Positions 13,601-26,270 of a DNA stretch of 64,000 bases are shown here, piece by piece (position 1 is the stretch's first letter; the number at the start of each line of letters is the position of its first letter). The stretch comes from Isurus oxyrinchus (Eukaryota). Location: positions 70,928,001 to 70,992,000 of the forward strand of contig JANJGN010000014.1 of NCBI GenBank assembly GCA_026770705.1, in the 5' to 3' direction. The notes beneath the pieces were generated by a model. That model was not told the origin of the DNA and searched no databases. It saw only the letters and a program-made list of their open reading frames with translations. The translations under genes and the position numbers were made by a program.

Positions 13601-16232
13601 ACTGAAAATGCTATTGTTTTCAGCAGATATCTGGTGAAAATGAAAATACATTAAGCAGCACATTGATAGCCATTGTTCTGTATTCCTATTCCAAATTGTT
13701 CGGAATGTGATCGATTAGAAAACACTTGGGACTCTAGTGACACCGATAACTGAACACATGAGCTAGCAGTATTACACAGCCTCGGCTAATTAATAGAGGA
13801 GGTTCAGCAAAGAATATGCAGTAAATTCTTCATAAGCTTGCAGAATTATTCCTTAAATTAGGTCATATCTCCCAAGTACTTTTTCAATCAAACTCGCAGA
13901 TTACACAGAAACAATTTGTATCCAATACATAGCTTTGGTTCTCCGACCTCCGATTTTAAAAAAAATCGGTTTTCAATGTATGAAAATGTATGAGGCAGGA
14001 TTGTGCAGTTAACATCTTTCAGAGCTGGCTGAAGAAAATGACTAATCTAATACACGTGATCAAACAGTAAGAAAGCTCCTTGTTTTTGTGAAGAACCTTA
14101 CTAACGCTTGGTTAAAAGACCGGATAAAAGATGAGTTTATTTCTGATTTTTTCATTTAACTGTTTAGTACAATTGTGACGCACAACATTCTTCATGTCTT
14201 AGCTTTTGAAATTATAGTTGGAAACTTAGCAGCATGTATAATTCATAGTTTGTTGCAATATTGCAATACTATTTTCATAACTGAATACATATTACATATC
14301 ATATAACTAGTAGCTGTTGAAATTGAACTCACGTTGTACTGTGATTTCTGCTTTTTGGCTGGCCATGAAATAGTGCATGCGCCCAAGGGCCCCGAATGAC
14401 ATCAGGTGTCACGCATTCACCAGCTCTGTTACCGATCAGAAATAACTTACTTGCTGCTTTTCCAGTGCAAAGGTACTAGGACACGAGGACACTGCCAAGT
14501 CATAGCCGTGGAACAGGATAGCTTGCTTCTTGGTGTCACTTTCCACAGGCCCTCTCAAAAACACTAACCATCTGTACTTGTCTGCTCTTAACCTAATATA
14601 TGATGTGAATTATATTTTGGCTTGTCAACTCCCCTAACCATAAAACAAAGTTTAATGACATCACGTGCCCGTCTATAGCCAGTCAGGAACCGGCTCTGTG
14701 GCGTCCATATAAATAACCCTTAAACTTTAAAACTTTTATTCACTAAAGACAGTCATGTTCATCGAAATGTTCTCTCAGTAATATAAAGCTAAACATCTGA
14801 GTACCCAGAGGACGCCAGCTTTGGAGAATAAGTTGCCTTTACTTTAAAACGCAGTTTGGGCAGTTCTTATGCAACAACGGGGAACTATTAAATTTGGTAA
14901 GTGTAAATACACTACATGTATACGTGACCGATAGCTTCTGAACTACAGTGAAATAGAAATGGGTCGATTGAAAAGGAAAACAATAAGTCATTTTAACAGT
15001 TACAGCTTCCTATGACTTTGTTTCCCTATTTCTATCGCTTTAACAGTCAATTATTTCCTGCTGCTATAGTCTAAACGTTGGGTAAAAAATGTATTCTCAG
15101 TGCAGTTAACCTGGTAAATTATTTCATGCAATGCAATCCAATACCAAGTTGTTCATATGTTCCATTGCTCTTCCTATCAAGCCCCACCAATGGAGGTATA
15201 TATATATTTCCAAATATTTATGTTAATATCCATTAATAAAAGCAAACTCGTATTATACTTCCATTAAGTAACAGTTCATCAAGCTATCTTTTGAAAATGA
15301 ACGTGTCTGTCGTCTAGGTGCTGACGTTTCTGAAGTATGACTCATGTTCTTTTTTCAATAAAGTCATTGGAATAAGTATAAGCTCGGCCAACAGTTCTTG
15401 CCAATGATAATATTTTTTTTTAAATTCTGAAAACGTTCAAAGACGGTTCAGCCGAAGGAACGTTTATGAGTTCTGAAACATTGGGGCTAGTATTAGATGA
15501 ACTTGGATGTCAAAGGAATAGATGCAAAGTGAGAAAGTGAAATGGCGTTAGGTTCTTTCACAAGTCACCAATTGTCAGTGTCTTTATTCACCAATTGGAG
15601 TTAAACAAAACGCCAGGTGAAACGTTTATTGATAAAACTGAATTTATTTCAACGCTGTCGGCAAAAAACACCACTTCTTTCATGTACATAGGACAACGCC
15701 AGACATTTAAACATTATATATGTACAGAATATACATCACAAGATACAGCACGGTGACACTCGTGCCATAAACATTCCAAAGGATAATCAAACAAAAAAAA
15801 TCACTTTTGAAGTAAAAAGAGATGAAAGAGACAATATGTATCTATGTTTATAAAACATTTTTAAATTAGAGTCTTAGCGAAGCTATAATCCGGTATAGAA
15901 TTAGTTTGTTCAGCAACCAGATATACAGCACAATTCCATTCTGTTGTCCGAGACAAATGGCTTGCTTGGCTACCTTACGTCGGTTGACCTCTTTTTTACT
16001 CTCTTACGATCTAAATTTAGGCATGGATGTTATCATCAATATATAAAAACATGATTTAACATATGTTGATGACAACTGATAAATTGTACTCTTTTCTTTA
16101 TAAATGAACCCACATGAGAACAACGTATTGTATCTCATAGAGAAGCATTTAATGTAGCCAAGCAACCTTTCCTATTGCAACTTAAAAAATCATCTGGATA
16201 GCAATATTATATAGCCAGTTAGATGAAACAAG

Positions 16233-16484
<252 letters not shown>

Positions 16485-16843
16485 TTAAGAAAAAGTTAAA
16501 AGACGCATTACTATACGCATCAGTACAATGGAAATTATGAAGTTATACAATTTCAGTCAAAGACATTAAATGCTTAATTCTAGTACACAATCTTCAATTG
16601 TTCATATATATCTGCTAAAATAATTTAAAATATTTTCAAGTTCAAGCAGTAGGGTGCAACTTTTAGCATGATTGTTGATATAATTCACAGCAACAGTCCG
16701 ATATTCCGATATGATTCAAACTGTCATATTTTTGTAAGTAGTGGTCATATACTTAGTTCATGCTTGCCGAGTTATTTTGTTTCTCAGTCTGAAATTTAAT
16801 TCGATCAAAATTAAAGCGCGTGTCAAAAGGCCGAATGTCGTAC

Positions 16844-17351
16844 CTTGGTTAAGGTGCATCTTTTTCATCCATGGGTATATCTGCATCTGCAGGGCTGGAT
16901 CTTTGTCTAGTTGCCCATTTTCCAGTTTGGGGCTGTTCGTCCCCTTAGGATGTTCATCGTTAACCGGCGAAGTGTTCTGGTTACCGCTGTAGGACTGACT
17001 GGACTCTCTGATCGCAGCCCCCGTCTTAATAGCACTGTCTGATGGGCTTATTAAAGATGCCGAGCAGAAAGCAGGATCAGGAGTCTTAATTTTCACCCCA
17101 GATGAGCTATGGAAGGTGTTACTGGATGTTTGCAGGTAATTGGTAGACCTTTCACTGTTTCCACACAGATTTGAGTTAGAGCGAGTCACGCTGAGGTCTA
17201 TCCCGGTGCAATCATAGCCATACCTGGTGGGGAGCATTGACGACTCCCTAAAATGCTCGCCCACAGAAGCAGCATTTCCATAACTCTGCAACTGATAATC
17301 GTGGCCATTTTGATAGCGACCTGAGAAGGAGTTTAAAAAGTAGGAACTCAT
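16844..17351 (-). CDS. hoxd5: HoxD5 exon 1
   Basis: ATG at 17351, [21 protein letters not shown] (Hox5 N-terminus)...[13 protein letters not shown]; donor G|GTACGA at 16843. Spliced product 252 aa. Confidence 0.94.
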
Positions 17352-17494
17352 CTGCCTTTTAGGGGTTTGATTTGTGGTTCTCAGACGTTTATTCGCCACT
17401 AGACCGCGCGATATATAATGAAATATGGAAATAAAAGGCACATGTCATTTCTCTGCCTTCTACGTATGCAACCAAATATGGGACACAAGTTTAG

Positions 17495-17526
17495 ATCACG
17501 TGCTTTTGTTGACCAGTCGTAAATTC
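17495..17526 (-). promoter_or_regulatory. Hox5 proximal promoter block
   Basis: GATCACGTGCTTTTGTTGACCAGTCGTAAA (E-box plus TTTACG Hox/Cdx-type site) about 150 bp upstream of the HoxD5 ATG. Confidence 0.6.
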
Positions 17527-17595
17527 TTGTGCCTGACCCTGGGGATAATTCATGCAATGAGTATGCTTGCTATGATTTAGCGAGCATGGTCCTGT

Positions 17596-17612
17596 AGCGC
17601 CTCCTGCTGGCA
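17596..17612 (-). promoter_or_regulatory. CTCF motif at the Hox5|6 boundary
   Basis: Minus strand TGCCAGCAGGAGGCGCT, close to consensus CCAGCAGGGGGCGC; same position as the conserved 5|6 CTCF sites of HoxA/HoxC. Confidence 0.7.
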
Positions 17613-20584
17613 AACATGGAGAAAGCTAGGTTAGTATCAACAAAGCAAAATCCAAAAGAGGCATTGAGGTTTACACGGTTTGCTCAATATTATCCGAAAT
17701 TTCTAAAATGGTTCACGGTTAAAGATATGATAAAACCTGGGTAACAATGCTGCTTTCTGTTACGTGAAATTATGAATTACGTAGCTGGTGACATGTATAC
17801 GAGCCAGGACGCAAAATGTTTCTGTAAATACAAGTATCCTGTTTAGTAATATTATTAGAGTATACGCTTGTGTACAATACACGTGTAAAGTAACTAGCAG
17901 AACTGACATTTGTTGGTTCAACCACTTAAGAACTGCAAAATTTTATCCAACGCTTTTATTGCGAAAAATTCTAGCGCAATAATTCAACATATTTTGTGAC
18001 ACAATTAATCCTTCTTTCTCTGATTCAGTTAATACGAGCAACTTTCCTTCGTATTAACTGTGTATTTGAACCGTTAGCTTGATGCTGACTGTAAATAAAC
18101 AATTTAATTCTCGGCGAACTCGATGTCTGGATGAAAATAAATAACAGACATTCGCAGCGATTATTTCTAATATCACACACCCGATTCTGATTTTTACTCA
18201 AATAATATGGAGTTTCAGATTCTCTTTCTCGCGGGAAACGACGCCATGGAAACTATTTTCTCAGGAATGAACTTTATTCAAATATACGATTCATAGGCAG
18301 CCTCCCCACACTTGCACATACGGTCCGGGTCGCTAGAGCTTATAATGATTGCAATGTGTTATATTCGTAGAGCACTGCGCTGAAATCATTTACACATTGG
18401 TTTTATATCTTTACAGGCAGTGCATTGGAATCAGCTTTACAAAGTTTCCCATTAGCTTCCATGTGCACATACGGGCTCCTTTGCTACATCTTGCCCACTA
18501 AATTCGGGATATTACATACATATGTGTTCCCTGTTGCCACCGAAGACTGAAGAAAAATGCAGATTAACGTTATATTTTGCTTTACTGGTTAAATCGACGC
18601 TGACACCAGTCAGTCACAGAACAAGACACCGAGAAGCTAGGCGGAGTGTGTTATATACTTATTTCTAATTTCACGGCGCAATTATTCGTGAACTTTATTG
18701 CCGTTTCCCATTGTACCATCGACACACTGCGCTATGATGGGTCGTGATATTTGTATAAGCCTCTGGGATCTGATGTCCATTCAGTGTACACACTGAGCTC
18801 ATTAAAAGTAATTCCCACAGCAAGATAGTCGTCGGCAAATGTGTACACATTTGGTAAAGGAATGGTGCTGATTCCAGGTGCTGCACTGTTGGTCTGTTGT
18901 CATTCTCTGCAGTGGTAGTTTCTACACATCGAACCAGTTTGAACCGCCCAGGAACGCAAGAAAACTAACAGAGCAATAAATATAATATTTGAAATCAAGA
19001 GTTTTTTTCGCATTTTGACTAAGAGGCAGCTTATAAATTCTAGATTGCGATCCGGAGATGGATTAGTTAATGAGGAGTAGTGTTGTCAAATATCGACTGT
19101 ATTAATATGGGCCTGAAGAACTTTACAAAAGAGCGTCCAGGCTCGTAGTAATATTTAAAACAGGTGGATTGCACTTATACATCTATATTTATTTTCCGGT
19201 TGTTTTTCATTGGAATAAAAAATGCATTCCCATAACCACATTTATAAGCGCATCAATCAGCAATACAATAGGATTCTGCGGGTTATTTGGTCACCCCACT
19301 TCTTGCACACTTGATTTCTACGCTCTGGTAGCAATATTTTTGCATCATTCACTACAACGACGCTGGACACTGGAGTTATTTGTGCTCATTTTCCTGATAC
19401 CTATCACCAGAGTTTTTAAGGACAGGGGGACTAAAGTATTACAAAACAATTCAAGTCTAAGCATATTCCAAAGAAAATAGGATGCAGTCATGAACTGTAT
19501 ACAGGATCCACGTTATTAGCACGTGAATTCCAACTACAGTGTGAAAGTGCATCAACCCTGAGTTATTGGGATAGTTTCATTTCAGTGTGGAACCGCATAG
19601 GCCTCGATTGAAAGTGATCTGACTCTAGGTCCATCATATATTACAACTTATAGCTTGCGATGAGATAAGCCTAAGTACCATAAAATGCAATATTTTAACA
19701 AGTACATTTTAGATAAAATGCCATTCTATAGGTTTGGCTTTATTTATTATTAATGAAATATGATTTGTGTGCCTCTCTTGTAATTCTGATCTAAGAACCT
19801 GGTTGCTGCACAGTCCAAGTGACTCTGTCTGATGCTCGTAAATCTAACGTTGCAGCAGCCGTGTGACAGTCGGTGGAAGAAATATTGTCTTTGTCCTGTA
19901 CTAACAAATCAGGCCGCTCTTACAGAACACTCGATCGAATGGTATGGCTTCTAGTGCTGACTTTGGGGATTTTTAAAAATGTATTTTTCCAGGCTACTGC
20001 GCGTTTGGATCCTGGAAACTTTTGAGATAGGATGGGTAGCACTTGAACATTTTACCCTTACACGGGGAGCGATTGTGGATCTTATTGCCACTGTGGAATG
20101 AACAAATCGGTGCGTGCGTCACATACCAATTATTTTTTTGTTCATTTTTCACTTTACAGTGCGTTCTCCCTTGTAATAAAATCAGGAGAAGATCGTGGTC
20201 TGGAAATTCGTTTGTTTGCCAGCCCTGCGAGCAGAGAGTTATTTCTGGGATCGCAACGAATTGTTCCCGTTAAAAGCTAGATTAAATCTGTGGCTGAGTA
20301 CTTGTATTAAGAATTGTTTATATTTACAACTTGATGCTAAGAGGATTAGAAAATAAGTGTAATAAATTTTTGATGTGCTAAACGTTGGCTGTGATCAGAT
20401 TACCTTTTGTTACAGATGTTAATTGAAAAGTTGTTTCCATTAAATAAATAATATGTTGTTATTGTTATGTCGAAATTGTTTGGAAATTATATGTGAGTAT
20501 TGTCGGTGTAGAAGAATCATTGCGAGCAAATTCGCCCAGGTTAAAGGTTCCAAATAGACAGCTGGACACTGACTGTAAATCAAT

Positions 20585-20930
20585 GCATGCACACACAAAT
20601 ACAAATAAACACACACACACAGACACACATGCAGACACACACATAAACATATACACATACGGACACACATGTACATAGAGAAGCACACACACGAACACAC
20701 ATAAACACACCCAAGCAGACACACATACACATAGACAAACATACACACACACGCACATACAGACACATACACACGTACATACATATACAGGCACACATAC
20801 AGACAGGCATGCACACATACATACACATAAACACACACGCATACAGGCACCTGCACATACAGGCATACACACACGTACACACACATACACACACACACAT
20901 ACACATAAACACACATACACATAAACACAC
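20585..20930. repeat. Degenerate (CA)n/(CATA)n microsatellite
   Basis: About 345 bp of imperfect ACAC/ACAT units; source of the spurious C/V-rich ORFs. Confidence 0.95.
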
Positions 20931-21604
20931 AGTGACGTTCCTGTTGAGTATTTTAGCACTTTTAGCAAAATTACGGATTACGTGATCATGAAGAGCATAA
21001 ATTTTAAAAATCGATCTTAAAAATTGTAACTACCATTGAATTAGTAAATATGCCCTTTCTGGCTATTATATTTATAATGGTGTTTATTTCCGCTCAGTTC
21101 TCTTTTTACGTGTTTGTACCAGATTACGTTTCTCAAGAAAAAAATTTGCAAATCACAGCTCAGCCTTTCCATGTATTATTAAAAAGCTCAGAGAGCATAG
21201 CCATCGCATAACCCCAGATAACCAGTTTGAGTTTATCGAAAATTAGACCTAAACATATATTCATCTCGTTTAATTATTTAACTGAGCCGATAAGAGCTTA
21301 ATTCATAAAACCCGTATAAGAACTGTTATCGGTGCCATTAACACATAGGAATGAAATTGGACGATGCATTGAGAATTATATGAAAGCGTAATATGAACAC
21401 AATTAATGACTTGTTGCGTCAGAATTAAGGTAAAAATGAAACTGCTTTCTCAATAGGAAAAACAACACTACCTCTCCTAACCTGATACAATTCGAGTATG
21501 GATATATTTCTGTTTGTGGGTGCGGCCTGAAAATAAACAATTAATATCGAAACATTTACAATATTATAAATAATAATGATTTAATTGCAAAAATTACGAT
21601 ATCT

Positions 21605-23600
21605 TCACACATTTATTTGATTCTGGCAACGCTTTGCAATTTTAGTTTAAGCAACCACTGTTTGACAAGATACCTGTTGGTCAATGCGATAAATACAAGC
21701 GCATGTGGGTCAGCCGTTTTTAAATATTTCTTTCATTTGCAAATAATTTCAGATGCTAAACAATGAATCAATGGCACTATGAGTAGACGTCGCACAGATG
21801 ACCATGCCACCATTTTATCTATTTCCAATAAAAACCTGGAGACTAAAAGACGAACGAATTCACAGACTTGTGCTGGATATGACAATTTCAAATGGATGTA
21901 ATTACAAGCTCCTTTATTCAACTCTGCTGTTAAATGGAACAACTGATAAGCAATCTTTTCAGAATATATAATCACTGGAAATATCTACAAACAAATGCTT
22001 TGGAAAAATATAACAATAATCAACATACTTATTGATAAATTCATCTTTTGCTAACAGTAATTCGCATGCCCTTCCTCTGTGCATATTTCTGCAGCAAGGT
22101 GTTGCAACTAAGTAGAAACAGGAAAGGAGGGACGCGCGGGGGGCGGGGGGGGGGGGGGGGGGAGGTAAAGGAACCCGATTTTTCTCTAGTGACCATTATG
22201 CTTTATGTGAATGCACTTAACATTGGATTGGAGTTGTATGGACCAAATTAAAAACATTCCCAGTTTACAGAACTTTAGGATTTTTTTATGTATAAAATAT
22301 GCAAGCCAATTTGGGTACAACTTGTTGCAGTAACTGAATCATCAGATGGGCGAGCTGATATTATTTGACATTTTGCAAAACCAAGCCGCAGTTAAAATAG
22401 CTACTGAATCCCACCTCATTACTGGCACATTGAAACCACAGTCTGGTGTCGACTGCAGGGTAATTATTGTGAGAGTACCACTCATTTGTGCAAAGTTCTG
22501 TCACGTGGTTGGTCATCATTAAAATGTTGGCGAAACGTTCCTGCAAAATGCTGATCCTCTCTATGATTGCGGCACGGAATCATTCCGATCATTAACACAA
22601 GATGCATCACTCATCTCTACAACTTATCCTCAGCGTAAAGGAGTCCAACTAATGTCCTCGTCTGTAAGATACTAAATGCGCGGAACCACATACTGGCAAT
22701 AACAGAATAAATACACCAATCACCAGTAGTTGATCGGATATCGAACCCGCAAAATAACAGCAGCAATCGTATTGCTATTGGCAACAATAATCATTATCCC
22801 ATCAGGAAACTACACAATCTGATTAATCTCTGCTCTGGATCATATGAACAAATGTCAGCTGTCTTGTGGCGAACCTTACATATCAAAGATAGACACGAAT
22901 CGCAACTCCCCGTCCTATTGCGGGAAATAAATATTTAATTAATCTGCGCCACAATCATCATTGAGTTCAAATGACCACCCGGACCTGGTTTGGTTTGTAC
23001 CATTTGCAAATCTGTCTTGCTGTTTGCTCATTTATGCCGAATACCCCCTCGACCTCCCAAACAGTTGCCTGGAACTCAACCAACGAAACAAGCGCCATTC
23101 CCTCCTAGGTACAGCAGCAAAGAATGGAAAAGACAGCACTTACCCGCTTCAGGGCGCTTCCCCAGAACAGTAACCAGTTGGATGTTGTATTCCATTTCTG
23201 CTTTTTTTCGATTAATAAAGGAACTTTAAAAAAAAAGTAAAGCAAAAATTGAAGGGTAAATGAAAGACTGTAAACAGACGTCAGAGGTCTGTGAGAGTGA
23301 TCAGGTTGCTAAATCCCAGCATGGGTCGAATGACTTCCTCATAGCTGTACGGAAAAGGACTGAGCAGCGCGAATACAGCGGAAAGTGTCCTTTTTTTGCA
23401 AGCAGCTGGCGTCAAATACCAACGACAAAAGCAGGCAAGGGGAGATACTGACAGAAAAGACGATTTGAGACGAGTTAGCTGCGGAATGCAGTGAAATATT
23501 CACAAGGGAAATCATGAAAAGGCCATGAACGCAGTTACTAGATTCACATGACCAACGAGAGCCAATAGGAAGGCAGCCTCCGCCGTAAAAGGTCCATTAC
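21605..23600 (-). pseudogene. Degenerate HoxD6 relic (promoter, exon 1 at 23515-23144, homeobox remnant at 21720-21605)
   Basis: CCAAT/CACATG promoter; ATG at 23515 giving MISLVNISLHSAANSSQ/SFLSVSPL versus Hox6 [27 protein letters not shown]; donor G|GTAAGT at 23143; homeobox fragments R-L-T-H-M-R (RQTYTR), NRYL, IA-AL, QINV* with frameshifts. Confidence 0.75.
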
Positions 23601-24985
23601 AAAGTTGTAAATTTTCTTCAAACAAAAAGGAATTCGCAGCAATTCCTTGCGGATTTCACAAGTGCAGCTCGCAAGCGCCATGTTTCCTTTAACGAGTTTC
23701 TTGCTGCAGCTATTTGTTATAATGTGTATTGTAACGAACGCCTTAACTAACTATATAAGCGGAAATGCCTCGACAACATAAAGAGGAACATCTCGTATTG
23801 CAGTGGCACTCCGCAGCCCAGCAATCAAATCACTACAATTTGTTTGTGCGTCCATACTTTTTAATTCATGGTTCAAATACGTCATGTAGAGACATTCGTA
23901 TTTTCGAAAGGAAAGCTAGTTCAACAAATAATTCAATGTGTAACGATCACAATTCCTAATGCCGCCAGAGAACTGCTTCTTTTCGTTTTTGCCCTGATTT
24001 TCACAGCCCGTTCGATATGGCCCAGTGACCAGTAGGAAGTGAACGAAGAAGAAGCGTGTTTGTCTATTAAATATATATCAAAACTACGGCGGCTTGCTTC
24101 TTTCAGGTAGCAATCAATAATAAAAGTCATGTATTAACTTATTCTAAATGTTGCACGGTGCATTCTACGCAGGTGAGAAGCTGAACATTAAATCTCGGCA
24201 CATGTAGCTATCTCATTACACGCTGCACTTCAATTTCAATCACACGGAGCATTGCATTCTACCCCTCGTGTTCCCAGTGTGAGCGAAAGTGGTTCTATAT
24301 CAAATACAAAACACATCCGAGTGGTCAATAAGGTTTGCCTTAATCGGATAAAATAACTTTGGCATGAATGAAAGTGTAAACCATTTAAATCAGTTCGTTC
24401 GCTAATCTCTCCCTTCACTGACGGCGAGCGGGCTCAGCAACTAACGTTACACTGTGTTAAATTCACGGTAACCTCATTCATTAGCAGAAAAAAAGATGAT
24501 GGCCGGTAGATAATAGATATCCATATTTTCCCCTGACCACCTCCCCCCCCCCCCCCCCCACCCCATCCTTCCCGCGGGTTTAATTCTAGTGAAAGCCTTT
24601 GGTGTGATGCTTTGAACTGATCTTACGGGGGGAACCAGAACAGCGTAACCAGATACATGCCGGCATCTCATTTTTTATTTATGAAAAGGATAAAACTGCT
24701 AGAAACGTTGCCTAAAAATAAAATATATTCTGAACAGAACATTCACCAGTGCAAGCTTCCCTTACTGTGCATGGTCCGGGTGGGGTGCTGTTGGAGAGTG
24801 CGCGGTGGAGGAATTTCTGCAGAGGTTTAAAAACCCCAAAGGAACGATGTCAGAGGCAAAAGGAAGCTTTTACAAGGAATCAGGAGGAGAGTTTTTAATG
24901 TATGTTTGGCATTTTTTTGACCTCCATTGTTTGTTAAAAATCTATGGCAGTAACGCCCAAGTCAAAACACGAATTCGACCCAAAG

Positions 24986-26270
24986 CCTCGTCATTCTGTG
25001 CACCATATTTCAGCGAAAACGCGCGATTCCTACCATCCAAAAGACTATTAATAAGGCTCAGCTCTGCCGTGATTGTACACTCACTTTAATGACCGCTATT
25101 TCGGCCAAGACACGTATTTGACCGTCCAATTTGTAAATGGGAGCAAATGCAAAAATAACGTGTTTATTTCATTCTTCGTTTTAGAACGCTTTAAAAATGA
25201 ATTTAATGAAACTTTAAATTGGTTATGTTTTCTGAAAAAGGAACGCAATACACATGTATTGAAAAAAAACATCGGGTTATTATAAAGCAGAGGAGGGTTG
25301 TGAAAAACTGTTAATTTTGGGCAGAGAACTCCCCTCCGAAAGCAGAAAGCAATTTCAAAAATAAGCACTCTGGTATTAATTTATTTAGAGTTGATTTATT
25401 CTGTAAAATTATTTATATGTTATAATCGGGCACCGATTATGATATTCAATGTAACTTTCAAAATATATTTGCATTAAAATAAAATACAATACCATTGAGA
25501 TTAGGATATAGAAAATTGAAAATATATAGCTCAATGAACACAACTGGTATTTCCAAACTTCGCTGTTGTCCGTCTTGAATTAGTTAATTGCTGTTTCACA
25601 CGTCAAACTACCTGAAAGAGTGCGGATATTGTTGGAGTATGACTCTTGGTTATGTAACATATAATTCTATTCGATTACAAGTTTGAGCTGTTCCGTGGAG
25701 CAGCGATGGTTGTGGGAATAGATTCTAGAGTCCGCTGGCAAAATGTATACTGTTATCTTTAGTTCTGCAAATAAACGCGGTCTTTTAATTGTTTGTTTAA
25801 CATTTGAAGTACAATATTTGCTACCCCTCCCCCCCCCGCCCTTTCTAATTGTTTCCTGTTTGCTCGTATCAATATCTTTTCTTGATTCAGGCTTATCATT
25901 GTGCGTAAAGAAAAGGATGGAGGTTGAAAATTGCCAATTCCTATGGTTGAGGTTTATCTGCAACATGCCCATCGATCCTTAAGTGTGGCTTGATCGCTGA
26001 TTAAGGAAAATTTAATGGGAAGTTGGAAGGTTATTCGACAGCTGAACATTCTGCTTTCGCTCCCAACCTTTAAACTAAAGAAGAATAAAATGGAACCCAG
26101 AAATCCACAGTTTGTCCAGTGATTTGTAGTATTAGAACTTTTATTGTCGGTTTTACGAGATTTGCTGATATACGTGTACAGTAGACCGCAGTTAAACACC
26201 AAGCACTAACTTTTACAGCGTCGGTTTAGCCACACATGAGCCAGGCATGTGATCTGATTAGCCAATGGTC
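24986..26270 (-). pseudogene. Degenerate HoxD7 relic (promoter/5'UTR, GTG at 26108, homeobox remnant at 25127-24986)
   Basis: Minus strand TATATCAGCAAATCTCGTAAAACCGACAATAAAAG...CTACAAATCACTGGACAAACTGTG resembles the HOXA7/HOXB7 5'UTR ending ...AAATTATG; ADSRIYS about 127 codons downstream; AAATATGGTGCACAGAATGACGAGG resembles KIWFQNRR. Confidence 0.65.

Noticed and set aside
20440-20968. Cys/Val-rich ORFs of 116-167 aa
   Set aside because: Translations of the CA microsatellite.
21733-21975. ORF with SRFLLEIDK, resembling [10 protein letters not shown]
   Set aside because: It lies upstream of the RQTYTR-like fragment, so the order is wrong; treated as coincidence.
23965-24130. ORF containing SLGHIERAVKIRAKTKR, faintly like homeodomain [17 protein letters not shown]
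   Set aside because: It lacks W/F/N and is only about 450 bp from the D6 relic ATG; the 25127-24986 segment fits a Hox7 homeobox better. Probably chance.
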